From: Octopus sinensis
Taxonomy: Eukaryota
Assembly (NCBI RefSeq): GCF_006345805.1
Contig: NC_043002.1
Location: 108,190,001-108,254,000, forward strand
Length of the DNA: 64,000 nucleotides
Reading direction: 5' to 3'
Positions 36,534 through 48,977 of this stretch are shown in pieces. Under the pieces are notes generated by a model. That model ran no database searches. It worked only from the letters and a program-made list of their open reading frames with translations, and was not told the origin of the DNA. Within the stretch, counting starts at the first letter, position 1. Each line of letters starts with the position of its first letter. The position numbers and the translations under genes are program-made.

Positions 36534-36942
36534 ACTCTTTTACTCTTTACTCTTTTACTTGTTTCAGTCATTTGACTGCGGCCATGCTGGAGCACCGCCT
36601 TTAATCGAGCAACTCGACCCCGGGACTTATTCTTTGTAAGCCCAGTACTTATTCTATCGGTCTCTTTTGCCGAACCGCTAAGTAACGGGGACATAAACAC
36701 ACCAGCATCGGTTGTCAAATAATGCTAGGGGGACAAACACAGACACACAAACACACATACATACATATATATACATATATACGACAGGCTTCTTTCAGTT
36801 TCCGTCTACCAAATCCACTCACAAGGCATTGGTCGGCCCGGGGCTATAGTAGAAGACACTTGCCCAAGATGCCGCGCAGTGGGACTGAACCCGGAACCAT
36901 GTGGTTGGTTAGCAAGCTACTTACCACACAGCCACTCCTGCG
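36534..36942 (-). mobile_element. SINE family 1
   Basis: Full-length, near consensus. Confidence 0.9.
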
Positions 36943-37195
36943 ATGATCATGATCGTCATTTAATGTCCGTGACATGTAAAAAGCACTGACCCATCAAGGC
37001 TGTTTGCCAGCCCCTTTTGGCCCCCTGTGCCGGTGGTACGTAAAAAGCACCCACTACACTCACGAAGGGCATCCAGCCATAGAAACACTGCCAGATCAGA
37101 CTGGAGCCTGGCGCAGCCTCCTGGCTTCCCAGACCCCGGTCAAACTGTCCACCCCATGCTAGCATGAAAAACGGACATTAAACCACGATGATGAC
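36943..37195 (+). mobile_element. RTE 3' UTR fragment with a short inverted copy of its own tail at the 5' end
   Basis: Starts gatcgtcatttaatgtccg, ends cggacattaaaccacgatgatga. Confidence 0.65.
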
Positions 37196-39384
37196 ATGGG
37201 ACTGACAGGAGCTGGTTAGCCAGAGAGCTCCAACTGACTTTCTTTCACATGGTGTCTACAGCTGGTTGCCATTCCTAACAGTCTAATGGGTGCTTTTCAC
37301 ATGGCACAGGTCAACTCTGCTTGAGCAGAGCTATGGTCATAGGAATTAAGAGAAAGCTGCAGCCAATGTGCATTTCAAATATCTGCTAGACAATGCTGAT
37401 AGGAAAAACATTGGCAAAAAAGGAACAACAAAGGATTTCAGACCCAAAGCAGGAAGGCCTGAGAAGGTGAGACACAGCCAGGATGATGGGAGGAAAAGAC
37501 ACAGGTGGGCCAGCTGGGAAAGGGAGATGATTACATTGGCAGGCAAGCCATGACCAACTAGTTCTTTCAGGCATGGCATATCCAGGAGTGCATTACCAAA
37601 TTTGTCAAGACAGTTGGGAGCAATGTGAGGGGATTTGCTGCTATTTCTAGAGAGTTGAGTGACTACATACAAACTCTCTCACTGACTCTTGAATGTTATT
37701 TGGTTTATAAGAAACCTGACAAGGGTAGTGTGGTCGTGGTGTAAATATGTTAGTATGTATGTGCTTTACATATATCAGAAGTTAGTTATAACTTTAGATC
37801 GGAAACCTACAAGAAAATAAGGAAAAAAAAAACTGAAATTAATAATAATGGCAGTGATTATCAGGTGGATGTTTATGTACACCTTGTGAAGATTTGAAGA
37901 AATTAACTGGAATCTTTGGCTCAAACTATTGAAACATATGCAAGGAATCCAGATAAAAAAGGTGGGGGTCTATGACAAAATCAGCTTTCTTCAATGTTCA
38001 TTTAGTCCAGAATAATTTCTTTTACAAATTTCAAATAGTTAGAATCTACCAAATTATTTGTCATTCTACGTCTATCATTGTTGCCCTCTCTCATTTTCTG
38101 TTATCTACACCCTCTCACTCTCTCAATAAATAAATGAATTCTTTCCAGAATGCCTTACCAATTCTACCAATGAACCATTCATGGCAGTTGATGATATTGG
38201 GTCCCTAGAATAGAAAAAAAAACCCTGTGATTTGTGGGAGACGCTTAATTGATTAAATTGACTTCAGTACTTGATCGAGACTTTATTGATCTCAAAAAGA
38301 TGAAGACCAAATTTGATCTTGGCAGGATTTGAACTCAGGATGTAAAGAGCCAGAACAAACAACAAAAGGTATTTTATCTAATGTGGAGCCACATGGCTAA
38401 GTGATTAGGGCATTGGACTCATGATCATATGAAAGTGGTTTCAATTCTTGGACCAGGCAATGTGCTATATTTTTGAGTAAAACACTTTATTTCACGTTGC
38501 TCCACTCAGCTGGAAAACAGGAGGAATCCTCTGACAGACTGGTGCCATTGCCAGGGAGGAGTTTATGTGTCAAAGAAATCAGGAAACTAGCCCTTTGATC
38601 CTTATGGAGTAATGTGGACTAACCATTTTATCTGATGCTCTACCAATTCTACCAATTCACAGCCAATATCCAAGAAAAGGAATGTACCAATTCAATAAGC
38701 TTCAGCACAGTTTCTATCCACTCAGTTTTATTCTCACGGTTTCCTTTGATTGAACCAAAGCTAGAAGAAACTTGTTAAATGTGCCAAATGATAGAATTGA
38801 ATGAAAACCCATGTGGTTACAAAGTGTCTTACATCAATCTTATCTTATATATATTTACATAATTAATATTTACTAATTATACCTAACTACTTAATCCCAC
38901 CTGCATCTATACAAATATTTCCACAGAGACAGTCATAACAAAACAAGGCAGCTGTTTCCCTCCTCTTCTCTCAAAAATAATTTTTAAAAAATGATCTATT
39001 TTTTACTTTATAATATTTATTCTTTATTCGTAGGTTTTACTATAATGACCACCTGCCTGATCATTAATATTTAATAATCCTTTATTTCTTTTATATAATT
39101 ACTATCCCATCCCATGTCATTCCACAATCTCACAAACTCCATCCTCTCCCCACATTTGTAATTTTATCTCTCCTTTCCTCTGCTGATCATGTGCAGCCTC
39201 ACCTGTGACATCAACCTCATTACAGGTAGGCTGTGTCTTATCTAGATAAGACTTAGAATTTCATATTACTGATTACATCAGAAAGTTTACAACATGAAAT
39301 GGTACCAGAAACACCTCCTATATTTTACACATCCATTGGAGTGACACCAGTGAGGTTAGGCAGACAGTAACAGTTTCTTCCACC

Positions 39385-39870
39385 AAGGTTGACTTTGCAT
39401 TTCATCCTTTTGGGATTAATAAATTAAGTACCAGTTGTATACTGGGGTCAATCTAATCAACTGGCCCCCTGCCCCCAAAATTTGGGCATTGTGCCTAGAG
39501 TAGAAAAGAATATTTTACCATTTCTTTCACCGAGGTTGACTTTGCTTTTCATCCTTTCGAGGTCAGTAAATTAACTACCAGTTGTGTACTGGAGTCGATC
39601 TAATTGACTGGCCCCCTCCCCCAAAATTTCAGGCTTGTGCCTAGAGTAGACAAGAATATTTTACCTTTCCTTAAGACAGCTGGCAGAACTGTTAGCACAC
39701 TGGGCAACATTTTGCCCATCTTTACGTTCTGAGTTCAAATTCTGCCATGGTCAACTTTGCCTTTTACTCTTTCAGAGCCAATAAAATAAGTACCAGTTGA
39801 GTACTGGGGTTGATGTAATTGACTTACTCTCACCCCCGAAATTACTGGCCTTGTGCCAAAATGCGAAACC
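39385..39870 (+). mobile_element. Cluster of three 5'-truncated SINE family 2 (tail B) units
   Basis: Repeated caaggttgactttgc..taagtaccag..gggtcaatctaat..ccttgtgcc. Confidence 0.75.
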
Positions 39871-40014
39871 AATATTTTATTGTTTTTTTTTTTGTTTTTT
39901 TTTCCTTGTTTATCAAGAATGGTGAATTTGGGAAGGTATTTTTTCTCTTCTTTTTTTTTCTGTAAATGCAGTGACAAATCTCCTGGTGATCTGTCCACTC
40001 TAAATGACGACTTC

Positions 40015-40325
40015 ATCATCATCATAATCGTTTAATGTCTGCTTTCTATGCTGGCATGGATTGGACAGTTTGACTGAGGACTAGCAAGCCAGAAGGCTGC
40101 ACCAGGATCCAATCTGTTCTGGCAAGGTTTCTACAGCTAGATGCCCTTCGTAACGCCAACCACCCCAAGAATGTAGTGGGTGCTTTTTATGTGCCGCCAG
40201 CACGAGGGGCAGTACTGGCATCGACCATGCTTGAATGGTGCTTTTTATGCACCACCAGCTTGGGACCCAGTCATCAACCAAGCTCAAATGATGCTTTTTA
40301 CATGCCACTGGCATGGGAGCCAAAA
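40015..40325 (-). mobile_element. RTE 3' UTR fragment including internal subrepeats
   Basis: (cat)n tail, gatgcccttcgtaacgcc and three gtgctttttaNNtgcc subrepeats. Confidence 0.8.
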
Positions 40326-40429
40326 GTCCACTCTGGTTCCATATCCACAAAGGTCTCTTCTTTTAGCCACTAATATCTCTGACTTCTTTTATCATATCAT
40401 TGCTTAATACAGGTTCAAACTCTTCAAAC

Positions 40430-40830
40430 TTTACTCTGTCTCCTTTGCTGATCAAGCTCCAGCTCCCTCTGTCAATGGATATGCTTTCTTAGAGTTGTTA
40501 CCCTTTCTATCACGTTTTTTTCTATAAGGGAGTGTTGTTCTTGTAAAGTAAGCATATGTAAGAAAGGGATTTCTCAGAACCCTAACAACTCTTATAATGA
40601 TAAGGCTCACCCCACCCCCATGCTCAATTTAACCATCTTACTTTTGCAGACTCTTATATTAGCAAAGTCCATTCTGACGCAAGCCTTTCGGTCAGGTCAT
40701 CCAGTCTGGGAAGAAGTTCAAAATGTTGCTAATTCACATCCTATAGCAGCGGCCCAGGAGTTATGGCTTCCTTCCTTGACACAAACTTTTAGAAAGCCTG
40801 CAAAATACTAAAGGCACTTCCCTTCTTTCT
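40430..40830 (+). mobile_element. Highly degenerate CR1-type RT fragment
   Basis: Broken translation resembling Y..QVRP..EYCSHIW.GAA...LD...RKA; by eye only. Confidence 0.4.
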
Positions 40831-41681
40831 CTAGACAATGTTAGGGGTGGGGAAGAAATAAAATAAAACCAGAAGGGTTCTTACTACTACTATTCTTATA
40901 CTATTACTACCCCCCATCACTCCCTCTTTCCCACCACCTACTACTGCTGCTACTACTACTACTACTACTACTAGATCAGGTCAACCTGGCTTGTGTTAAT
41001 TGGTTGTTGTTTTAGTGTGATGTGGTTTCCCCGATCACTTAACCATCTGGTCCAAAGTGAACTTGTATTTCTTCATAATGGACTCTCAGTTAGTAACCTT
41101 CAGTTCCCCAAATGATTGATACATTGTGTGTATATTCCCTCTTAATACACACACACACACAAGCACCCTCTAAAGAGTTGCACAAAATAAACAGAATCAC
41201 ACATCAGTAGTCTATAACCGTTTAATGTAGGATTTATCAGCATCAAACAACATTGTTATCTTCATATGTCAGCATAACTTAGTGAAGTGGGGGTAAATGT
41301 AAGTCTTTAAAACATTATTATATCAACATAACATAGTAAGGTCAGTCTACCAAACGTCTCAAGTCAGTCTAACATTGAGAGCAATGTGTCGACCGACAAG
41401 ACATATCAATACAGTTGCATTGCAATATGTCTCTTAGTGGAAAAAAAACTAAAAAAATACCCCAAAAACATTGAGGAAAGAATATGTTTAAACAACATAG
41501 GTTTTCGCTATTCACTCCCTGTCCTCTACACATTTTAATCAAACTTCTTAAGCAAAATTCTTTAACTTGGTGGCAAGCTGGCAGAAACGTTAGCACGCCA
41601 GGCAAAATTCTTAGTGGTATTTCGTCTGTCTTTACATTCTGAGTTCAAATTCTGCCAAGGTTAGCTTTGCTTTTCATCAAG

Positions 41682-41918
41682 GGCATCTGGCGTAATGGTT
41701 AAGAGCGTGGGCTACCAACCCCAAGATTCCGAGTTCAATTCCAGGCAGTGACCTGAATGATAATAATAATAATAATAATATCAAAAAATACCTCAGGAAT
41801 GAGAACCTAGGTTCGAAATTTCCCCAAGACACCTGATGAAGACTGGGGGGTATATCAGCCGAAACGTTGTGTTGACAACAAAGATGAGGACAAAAATCCG
41901 TCAAATGTAAATAGTGTA
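41682..41918 (+). mobile_element. SINE family 4, best copy, nested inside a SINE family 2 (tail B) element
   Basis: tRNA-like head (A box tggcgtaatggtt, B box gagttcaattcc), (aat)n, hammerhead, tail; host SINE resumes at taaattaagtacc with a small deletion and no TSD. Confidence 0.88.
41828..41873 (+). ncRNA. Minimal type I hammerhead ribozyme (dimer-dependent stem III)
   Basis: Stem I GACAC(41828-32)/GUGUU(41869-73); CUGAUGA 41833-39; extra A; stem II GACUG/CAGCC (1 mismatch); GAAA 41861-64; loopless palindromic stem III ACGU; predicted cleavage after GUU (41868). Activity untested. Confidence 0.72.
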
Positions 41919-42023
41919 AATTAAGTACCTATTGTGTACTGGGGTCAATCTAATCAGTTGGCGCCCTCCCCAAAAATTTCAGGCCTTGTGCCTAGAGTAG
42001 AAAAGAATATATTAGTTATTAAA

Positions 42024-42420
42024 GGTGGCAAGCTGGCAGAAACATTAGCACGCCGGGCAAAATGCTTAGCGGTATTTCGTCTGCTGCTACGTTCTGAGTT
42101 CAAATTCCGCCGAGGTCGACTTTGCCTTTCATCCTTTCGGGGTCGATTAATAAGTACCAGTTACGCACTGGGGTCAATATAATCGACTTAATCCGTTTGT
42201 CTGTTCTTGTTTGTCCTATCTGTGTTAGCCCCTTGTGGGCAGTAAAGAAATAGGTATTTCGTCTGTCTTTACATTCTGAGTTCAAATTCCACCAAGGTCG
42301 ACTTTGTCTTTCATCCTTTTAAGGTCGATAAATTAAGTTCTTGTTGTGTACTGGGGTCAATCTAATTGACTGGTTCCCTCCCCCAAAAATTCAGGCCTTT
42401 TGCTTAGAATAGAAAAGAAT
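42024..42420 (+). mobile_element. SINE family 2 heterodimer (tail-A unit + truncated tail-B unit)
   Basis: Junction aaagaaataggtatttcgtctgtctttac at about 42244-42272. Confidence 0.85.
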
Positions 42421-42924
42421 ATCCTACCACTTAATAATGGTATTTGAACGTCAAGGATATGCCCTGGCACTTGCCACCATCTATATCTCTCTCTTCCTTT
42501 ACTCAACCATCTCATTTATACTCTGATTCCCATTCCTTGTGAGTATGCCCAGCATTTTGCCACCATCTCCATCCTGCAGCCTCCCACTCTCTCTCTCCTT
42601 CTGCTCCTCCCTCAAGTTGGGTAACCATGTATTTTCTTTGCAGTAGTGCACCTGTTTATGTCATCATCCTTGATCTCTCTCTCTCTCTCTCTCTTTCCAG
42701 TTGGGTCACCTTGTACTTCCTCTACAGCAAGACACCTGTTTCTTTCTCTTTGTCTCACAATAAACTTTCATCATCTGACACAAGATCACTTCCTCCAATG
42801 CCCCCTCCCCACTTGAAAGTTGTTTTTTTTTTGTCTTGCAAGTACTTGGTGACTCTGTCAGTGTAGGTGCTACTTAAAAGCACCCAATCCACACTGTAAA
42901 GTTGTTGGTGTTCAGAAGGGCATA

Positions 42925-43228
42925 CCAACGCAAACGTCCTCTTGCATGCCACATCCAATGCTTGTAAACAAATTTTGATTTTTGGCTGGCTTCCGTGCCG
43001 GTGGCACGTTAAAAGCTCCAACCGATCGTGGCCGATGCCAGACCCCCCCCTGGCACTTGTGCAGGTGACACGTAAAAAGCACCCACTACACTCGCGGAGT
43101 GGCTGGTGTTAGGAAGGGCATCCAGCTGTAGAAACTCTGCCAGATCAGACTGGAGCCTGGTGCAGCCTTCTGGCTTCTCAGACCCCGGTCGAACCGTCTA
43201 ACCCGTGCTAGCGCGGAAAACGGACGTT
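42925..43228 (+). mobile_element. RTE 3' UTR fragment with (GAT)n tail
   Basis: ttaggaagggcatccagc..cggacgttaaacgatgatgatgatga. Confidence 0.85.
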
Positions 43229-44189
43229 AAACGATGATGATGATGATAAAGTATTCATTCCAACAAAGAACTAGGTTTCTTTCTCTCATGCTTTACATAC
43301 TTCAACCTACGCAAGTGAATGGTTGAAAAACCAGACAAGAATTTTGAAGAAAAATATCTATAAAACTATTCTTAAACATCAAATAGCTATGGGGGATCTA
43401 CAAGAATAAAATAGTAATCAAAGAGGTCCACTGATAAAAAAAATGGTAGAAAACTTCTGTTCTAGATGCAGTAAGTCTTATCCATTTCTGATTTTCATTA
43501 AGATCCATTTCCTTTCATTAATGTTATTGTCAGTTAATATCACAATTCTTTTCTTTTTCTGAAACTTTTAGGGATTTAAGATTATGTTGCAAACCCTAAA
43601 TAATTGCCAACTATGAGAGATACAATTTCTACTGAATATGGGAGCGTGGGGAGAAACCATTAGCTATTAATTACATGTACATAAATATTTGGCTAAATTA
43701 ACATGCTTCAGTAATTAATTACAACATTTCAACCCTGTCACCCTTAATTCAACCTGCTGGCTTGTTTAGTATCACAACATCCAAACTGAAGTGCACAGTG
43801 AAAGTATGTTGAAATTTTGTGGTTAATATTTTCTTTAAATAATCTAATCTTGATCAGCTTCCATTTGTCCTTGACATAATCAACAGTAAACTTCACAGAC
43901 AAAGAAATGCTTCCTCTTCGCTTGTTGGCAGAGTGTAAGAAAGAAACTGTTTCAGCAAGAAAATTCAAGCTCTGGCTACAAAGGAAGAGTTACTAATAAT
44001 ATTCTTTTATTTGTTTCAGTCATCTGACTGCGGCCATGCTGGAGCACCGCCTTTTAGTCGAGTAAATCGATCCCAGGACTTATTCTTTGTAAGCCTTGTA
44101 TTCATACTATCGGTTTCTTTTGACCGAACCTCTAGCTTACAGGGACGTAAACACACCAGCATCAGTTGTCAAGCGATGTTGCTCAATAC

Positions 44190-44650
44190 CACAGATTTGC
44201 TTGTCAGTTGTTTGACTGTAACCAGTTAAGCATGTCCTTTAGTGGCTGGCAATATGTGCATCTCTGATCATGAGCAGAAGTAGTTGGGAAGCATCATGGC
44301 CATGTGTTGAGAAGAATTCTTTGGGGTTTGGAAAATTCACCTCTGGAAACATGGGTATTCTGTTCATCATCTTTAAACAACCCTTATTCAGGGACCTTTT
44401 AAGCAGGATGAGCTACTTGACCTGAAGAAAATTCTAATTGAGCCCCACCTGCAAGATCATGCACTGTTTATCTTGATATGAGATCACCACATCATGCATA
44501 TATGGTTGTGATGCATGTGCCTAGTGTACCCTTATCAGATGGGTAGTCATGATGGGTATACTGGGCTTCGTGTATTTTACCCCAGTGCCACTTTGACGGT
44601 ATGCACTGCTCTCTCACTCAATAAAAATAATGATAATGATGATAATAATA
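44190..44650 (+). mobile_element. Unclassified retroelement 3' segment with (AAT)n tail
   Basis: Longer copy of the 22660-22931 element; ends gctctctcactcaataaaaataatgataat. Confidence 0.7.
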
Positions 44651-44979
44651 ATAGTAATGGTTTTGAATATTAGCACAAAGCCAGAAATTTTAGGGAAGGG
44701 GTCAGTTGATTACATTAATCACAGAATTTATTTGATAAATTTTGAAAGACCAAATGCCAAAGCTGACCTCAGCAGTATTTGAACTCAAGATGCAAAGAGC
44801 TGGAAGAAATAGCATGAAAATACCATTTTATCGGACTCTCTAACAATTCCGCCATTCTACAATAATAAATTCTGTTTACATTCAGCAAGATTTAAAAGCA
44901 AAGATTAGTTACTCAAGTCTCTGATATTTACTCAATTTTGGAAGATTAAATTGCAGAAATGCATAAACAGCTGAACAAT

Positions 44980-45027
<48 letters not shown>

Positions 45028-45440
45028 GTTTATACACATTCTACAGAATAAAGCAATCAATACTTATGTCAATTGTTAAAACAAACAAAAAACAGAGGAT
45101 CAGTGGTTTCATCGTTTATACAAAAGCCTTTTGTTTACTTGTAGATATATTTTGTGGTGTAAACCCACACACGTGATTTTCGTTTGACATGATTTCTGAG
45201 AAGCATTAGGGACCTTATGTAACACAGATACAAAGATAGGTCCAGGCACGGCTGTCTGGTTAAGAAGTTTACTTCTTAAACTATATGGTTTGAGGTTCAA
45301 TCACACAGCATGGCAATTTGGGCAAATATCTTCTACTATAGCCCTGGGTCAATCAAAACCTTGTGAGTGAATTTGGTAAAAAGAAACTGAAAGAAGCCTC
45401 ATGTGTGTGTGTGAGTGTATGCTTATATCTCCTAGTCTCA

Positions 45441-45668
45441 TTTCTTTATTGCCCACAAGGGGCTAAACATAGAGAGGACAAACAATGACAGACAAAGAGA
45501 TTAAGTCGATCACATCCACTCCAGTGCATAACTGGTACTTAATTTATCGACCCCGAAAGGATGAAAGGTAAAGTCGACCTCGGCGGAATTTGAACTCAGA
45601 ACGTAACAGCAGACGAAATACCGCTAAGCATTTTGCCCAGCATGCTAATGTCTCAGCCAGCTCACCAC
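45441..45668 (-). mobile_element. SINE family 2 (tail A)
   Basis: Reverse-strand consensus match. Confidence 0.88.
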
Positions 45669-46466
45669 CTTCTTGACATTGTATGATAGTTGTAAATGAG
45701 TATCACCATCATACAAGCAGTGTTATTCTGCAAAAACATGTCTGGTCATGGTGGTGAAATATTACCTTTCTTGGAAACAGGTAAAATTTGGAGGAGTAGA
45801 AGGACTTTGGGTTGTAAAAAAAATCTGTCCCATGTGAGCGTGGCAAAGTGGATGTTTAAAACAATGATGATGATTAAGATGTAAGAAGAGGACTTAGAAC
45901 TTCATCTCTGTATAAATGCATGCGTATCTATATGAATGTCAATAATTGAGATGTTAGAATAAATTAGTTGGAGGAGGAGGAGGAGAAGAAGAAGAAGAAT
46001 CATCATCATCATCATCATCTAATGTGTCAGGCAAGACCCTTCATTCGATAAAAGTGCCAAAACATTAAATTTTTATTCTTCCTCATAGCAAACTGACATT
46101 TTCTACTTTTTAACTTTGAGTCATCCCATAAATAATGCAGTTTTTTTCAATTGCATGAACTAAAAGTCAGAGGGAGGCGAAATAAACTACCTGCATCATC
46201 AACTTGCTATAAAAGCAGGTAGTAATTTTACCTTGTATTTATTCTTGGTGCAAGTTTTGAAGAGTGCAGTTCGATTTTAACAGTTTTGTTTTAACAGTTT
46301 TGTTAACTGCTGCTAATTATTAGCTGCAGGCTAGTTTTCTCGGGTTTCAACGCACCAAAGTAAAGGCATTTGAAAGATATATTCAAATGTAATAGGCTGA
46401 ACTCCATGCACGCGATATTTCGGTATCGTGTTTGCATCTAGTCCAGCAAATTACATTTATAACGGA

Positions 46467-46530
46467 CCATGCTGATGATGGCTGCAGTTTTCCTTGCGGA
46501 AAATAACAGCTGAAACTAATTAGTACATGG
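46467..46530 (+). ncRNA. Type I hammerhead ribozyme in a putative Penelope-like terminal segment
   Basis: Stem I CCAUG(46467-71)/CAUGG(46526-30); CUGAUGA 46472-78; extra U; stem II GGCUG/CAGCU extended by UUUUCC-UUGC-GGAAAA; GAAA 46512-15; stem III from perfect palindrome ACUAAUUAGU; predicted cleavage after GUA (46525). Confidence 0.8.
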
Positions 46531-46681
46531 GTAATTATTTTATTTCGTATATTTTTCACTTGTTTATTGCTATGGTTTTGTGTTGAGTTTGATCTGAGAA
46601 CATAATCTTTTGTGGTGAATGGCGATTTGACGTCTATATCTAGCATGTTGACTGTCCACTTTTCGTGTTCAGTCCTTAATT

Positions 46682-46684
<3 letters not shown>

Positions 46685-46733
<49 letters not shown>

Positions 46734-46796
46734 CACATAAGTATATATATATATATATATAATATATATATATATATATACATATATACACATAAG

Positions 46797-46829
<33 letters not shown>

Positions 46830-46867
46830 TAAGTATATATATAATATATATATACATATACACATAA

Positions 46868-46908
<41 letters not shown>

Positions 46909-46933
46909 TACACATAAGTATATATACACATAA

Positions 46934-46978
<45 letters not shown>
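46685..46978. repeat. (TA)n microsatellite with interspersed catatatacacataag units
   Basis: Directly visible. Confidence 0.95.
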
Positions 46979-46981
<3 letters not shown>

Positions 46982-47036
46982 GATTTTTCAGTTAATAAAT
47001 TATATTAATGCTACATCTCCATTTTCTGAATTTCAT

Positions 47037-47077
<41 letters not shown>

Positions 47078-48010
47078 GGGGGGGGGCATATTTCTTTTTA
47101 CCAGTTATCAAATACCTGTTTAAATCGTCCTTTTCTTATAAAAATTATGTTGTAAATATAACAAATGGTAGATTTTACATGTGTTGCTGTTGTTTAACCC
47201 TAAGTAAACCATGATAGAACAGACCTATGATCAAAAGCATTCAAGCCATGACCATCCTGTCTTTTTTCAAATGTGCAGAGAACAGTTGTATTTACATAAA
47301 TAGCAAACCAAATATACTGCAAATCATTTTTGACTAAATAATAAAACTACACAGATGTACTTGCATAGCAAGTGACCTGATCTGAGATCGTGTGCTGAAA
47401 CAAAAACAATTGCAGCATGGAAGGTGTTTATAAGCCATTTAGAAACACACAAAAACTGTTAGATTCACTTCAACATTTAAATTTGCCAAAATATTTTTGT
47501 CGGTTTGAGACCACGACCTGTTCACTGACAGAATGGTAGTTTGATCTAAAAGGTGGGGTATTAAAAGGGCAGAGTTGCAGGCACGGTTGTGTGGTTAAGA
47601 AGTTGGTTTCCCAACCACATATGTTCAGGTTCAAATCCCATCACATAGCACCTTGGGCAAGTGTCTTCCACTATAGCCCCAGGCCTACCCAAGCCTCTCT
47701 GTGTGACAGTTCATATTTGCAGAAAATAACAGAAACATTATTATTAGTATGGTTGCCTTTCACTTTAACATTAACCTACCTTCCTACTATTGTGTAACAC
47801 CAATGAGGATAAAATGACTGCCACCAGAAAACTGAAATGCCTTGCAATATTATGGTAGTCTTTCTTTTCTATATTTAAATCCTACCAAGGTTAACCATCA
47901 TTATCATCGTCATCATTTAACATCTGTTTTCCATGCTGGCATGGGTTGCACAGTTTGACCAGGTTCCAGTTTGATTTGGCATGCTTTCTATGATTGGGTG
48001 CCCTTTTTAA

Positions 48011-48740
48011 CCCTTTTGTTAATGTATTTTGAGATACTCTGTGTTTCTCTCAATTAATTTTAAATATAACAAAGAATTTAGGAAAATAACTTAGTTATCA
48101 TTAAGCTAATGTTAGGAACATAAATTGTGACTAAGGTTTGGTGGAAGATTTTAATGCAAAACTTATGAAAACAAGACATTTGTACTATAGAGCCAGAGGT
48201 GGTTTCAGCCAGGTTGGTATCAAAAGGGTTAAGAATTGTTTGTCTATTATATATTTTAACCCTTTTGTTACCATATTTCTGTTGAGATGCTGTGTGGTGT
48301 TTCTTTCAATTGATTTTAAATATAACAAAGAATTTAGGAAAATAACTTAGTTATCATTCAGCTAGTGTTAGGAACATAAATTGTGACTAAGGTTTGGTGG
48401 AAGATTTTAATGCAAAACTTATGAAAACAAGACATTTGTACTTAGAGCCAGAGGTGGTTTCAGCCAGGTTGGTATCAAAAGGGTTAAGAATTGTTTGTCT
48501 ATTATATATTTTAACCCTTTTGTTACCATATTTCTGTTGAGATGCTCTGTGGTGTTTCTTTCAATTGATTTTAAATATAACAAAGAATTTAGGAAAATAA
48601 CTTAGTTATCATTAAGCTGGTGTTAGGAACATAAATTGCGACAAAAGTTTGGTGGAAGATTTTAATTCAGAACTTATGGAAAAAAGACATTTGTACTACT
48701 GAGCCCAGAGGCAGTTTCAGCTGGGTTGGTATTGAATGGG
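48011..48740. mobile_element. Three tandem piggyBac-type MITE A copies separated by an identical 23-bp spacer
   Basis: TTAA at 48007, 48229, 48256, 48484, 48511, 48741; spacer gaattgtttgtctattatatatt occurs twice. Confidence 0.9.
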
Positions 48741-48977
48741 TTAATGCCAACCACTTTACAGAATGTGCTGGGTGCTTTTTACATGGCAGCACAGGTGCTT
48801 TCTATATGGCCCAGCATGAGTGCTTTTTACATGGCACCAGCCAAGGTAAGAACTGAGCTAATAGAATCCACTCTTTATAAGCCTTCCTCAAAATGTCTGA
48901 CCTTTGTTGCCTATTTTAGAGTGAGAGGAGATAAAATGGTAAAAAATTTACCATAATTTCTGAGATGAAATATACAT

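Noticed and set aside
37346-37672. Short ORFs possibly from a transposase
   Set aside because: No recognisable catalytic motif, TIR or TSD.
44422-44428. CTGAAGA in the (AAT)n-tailed element
   Set aside because: No closing stem II with downstream GAAA and no NUH/stem I arrangement found.
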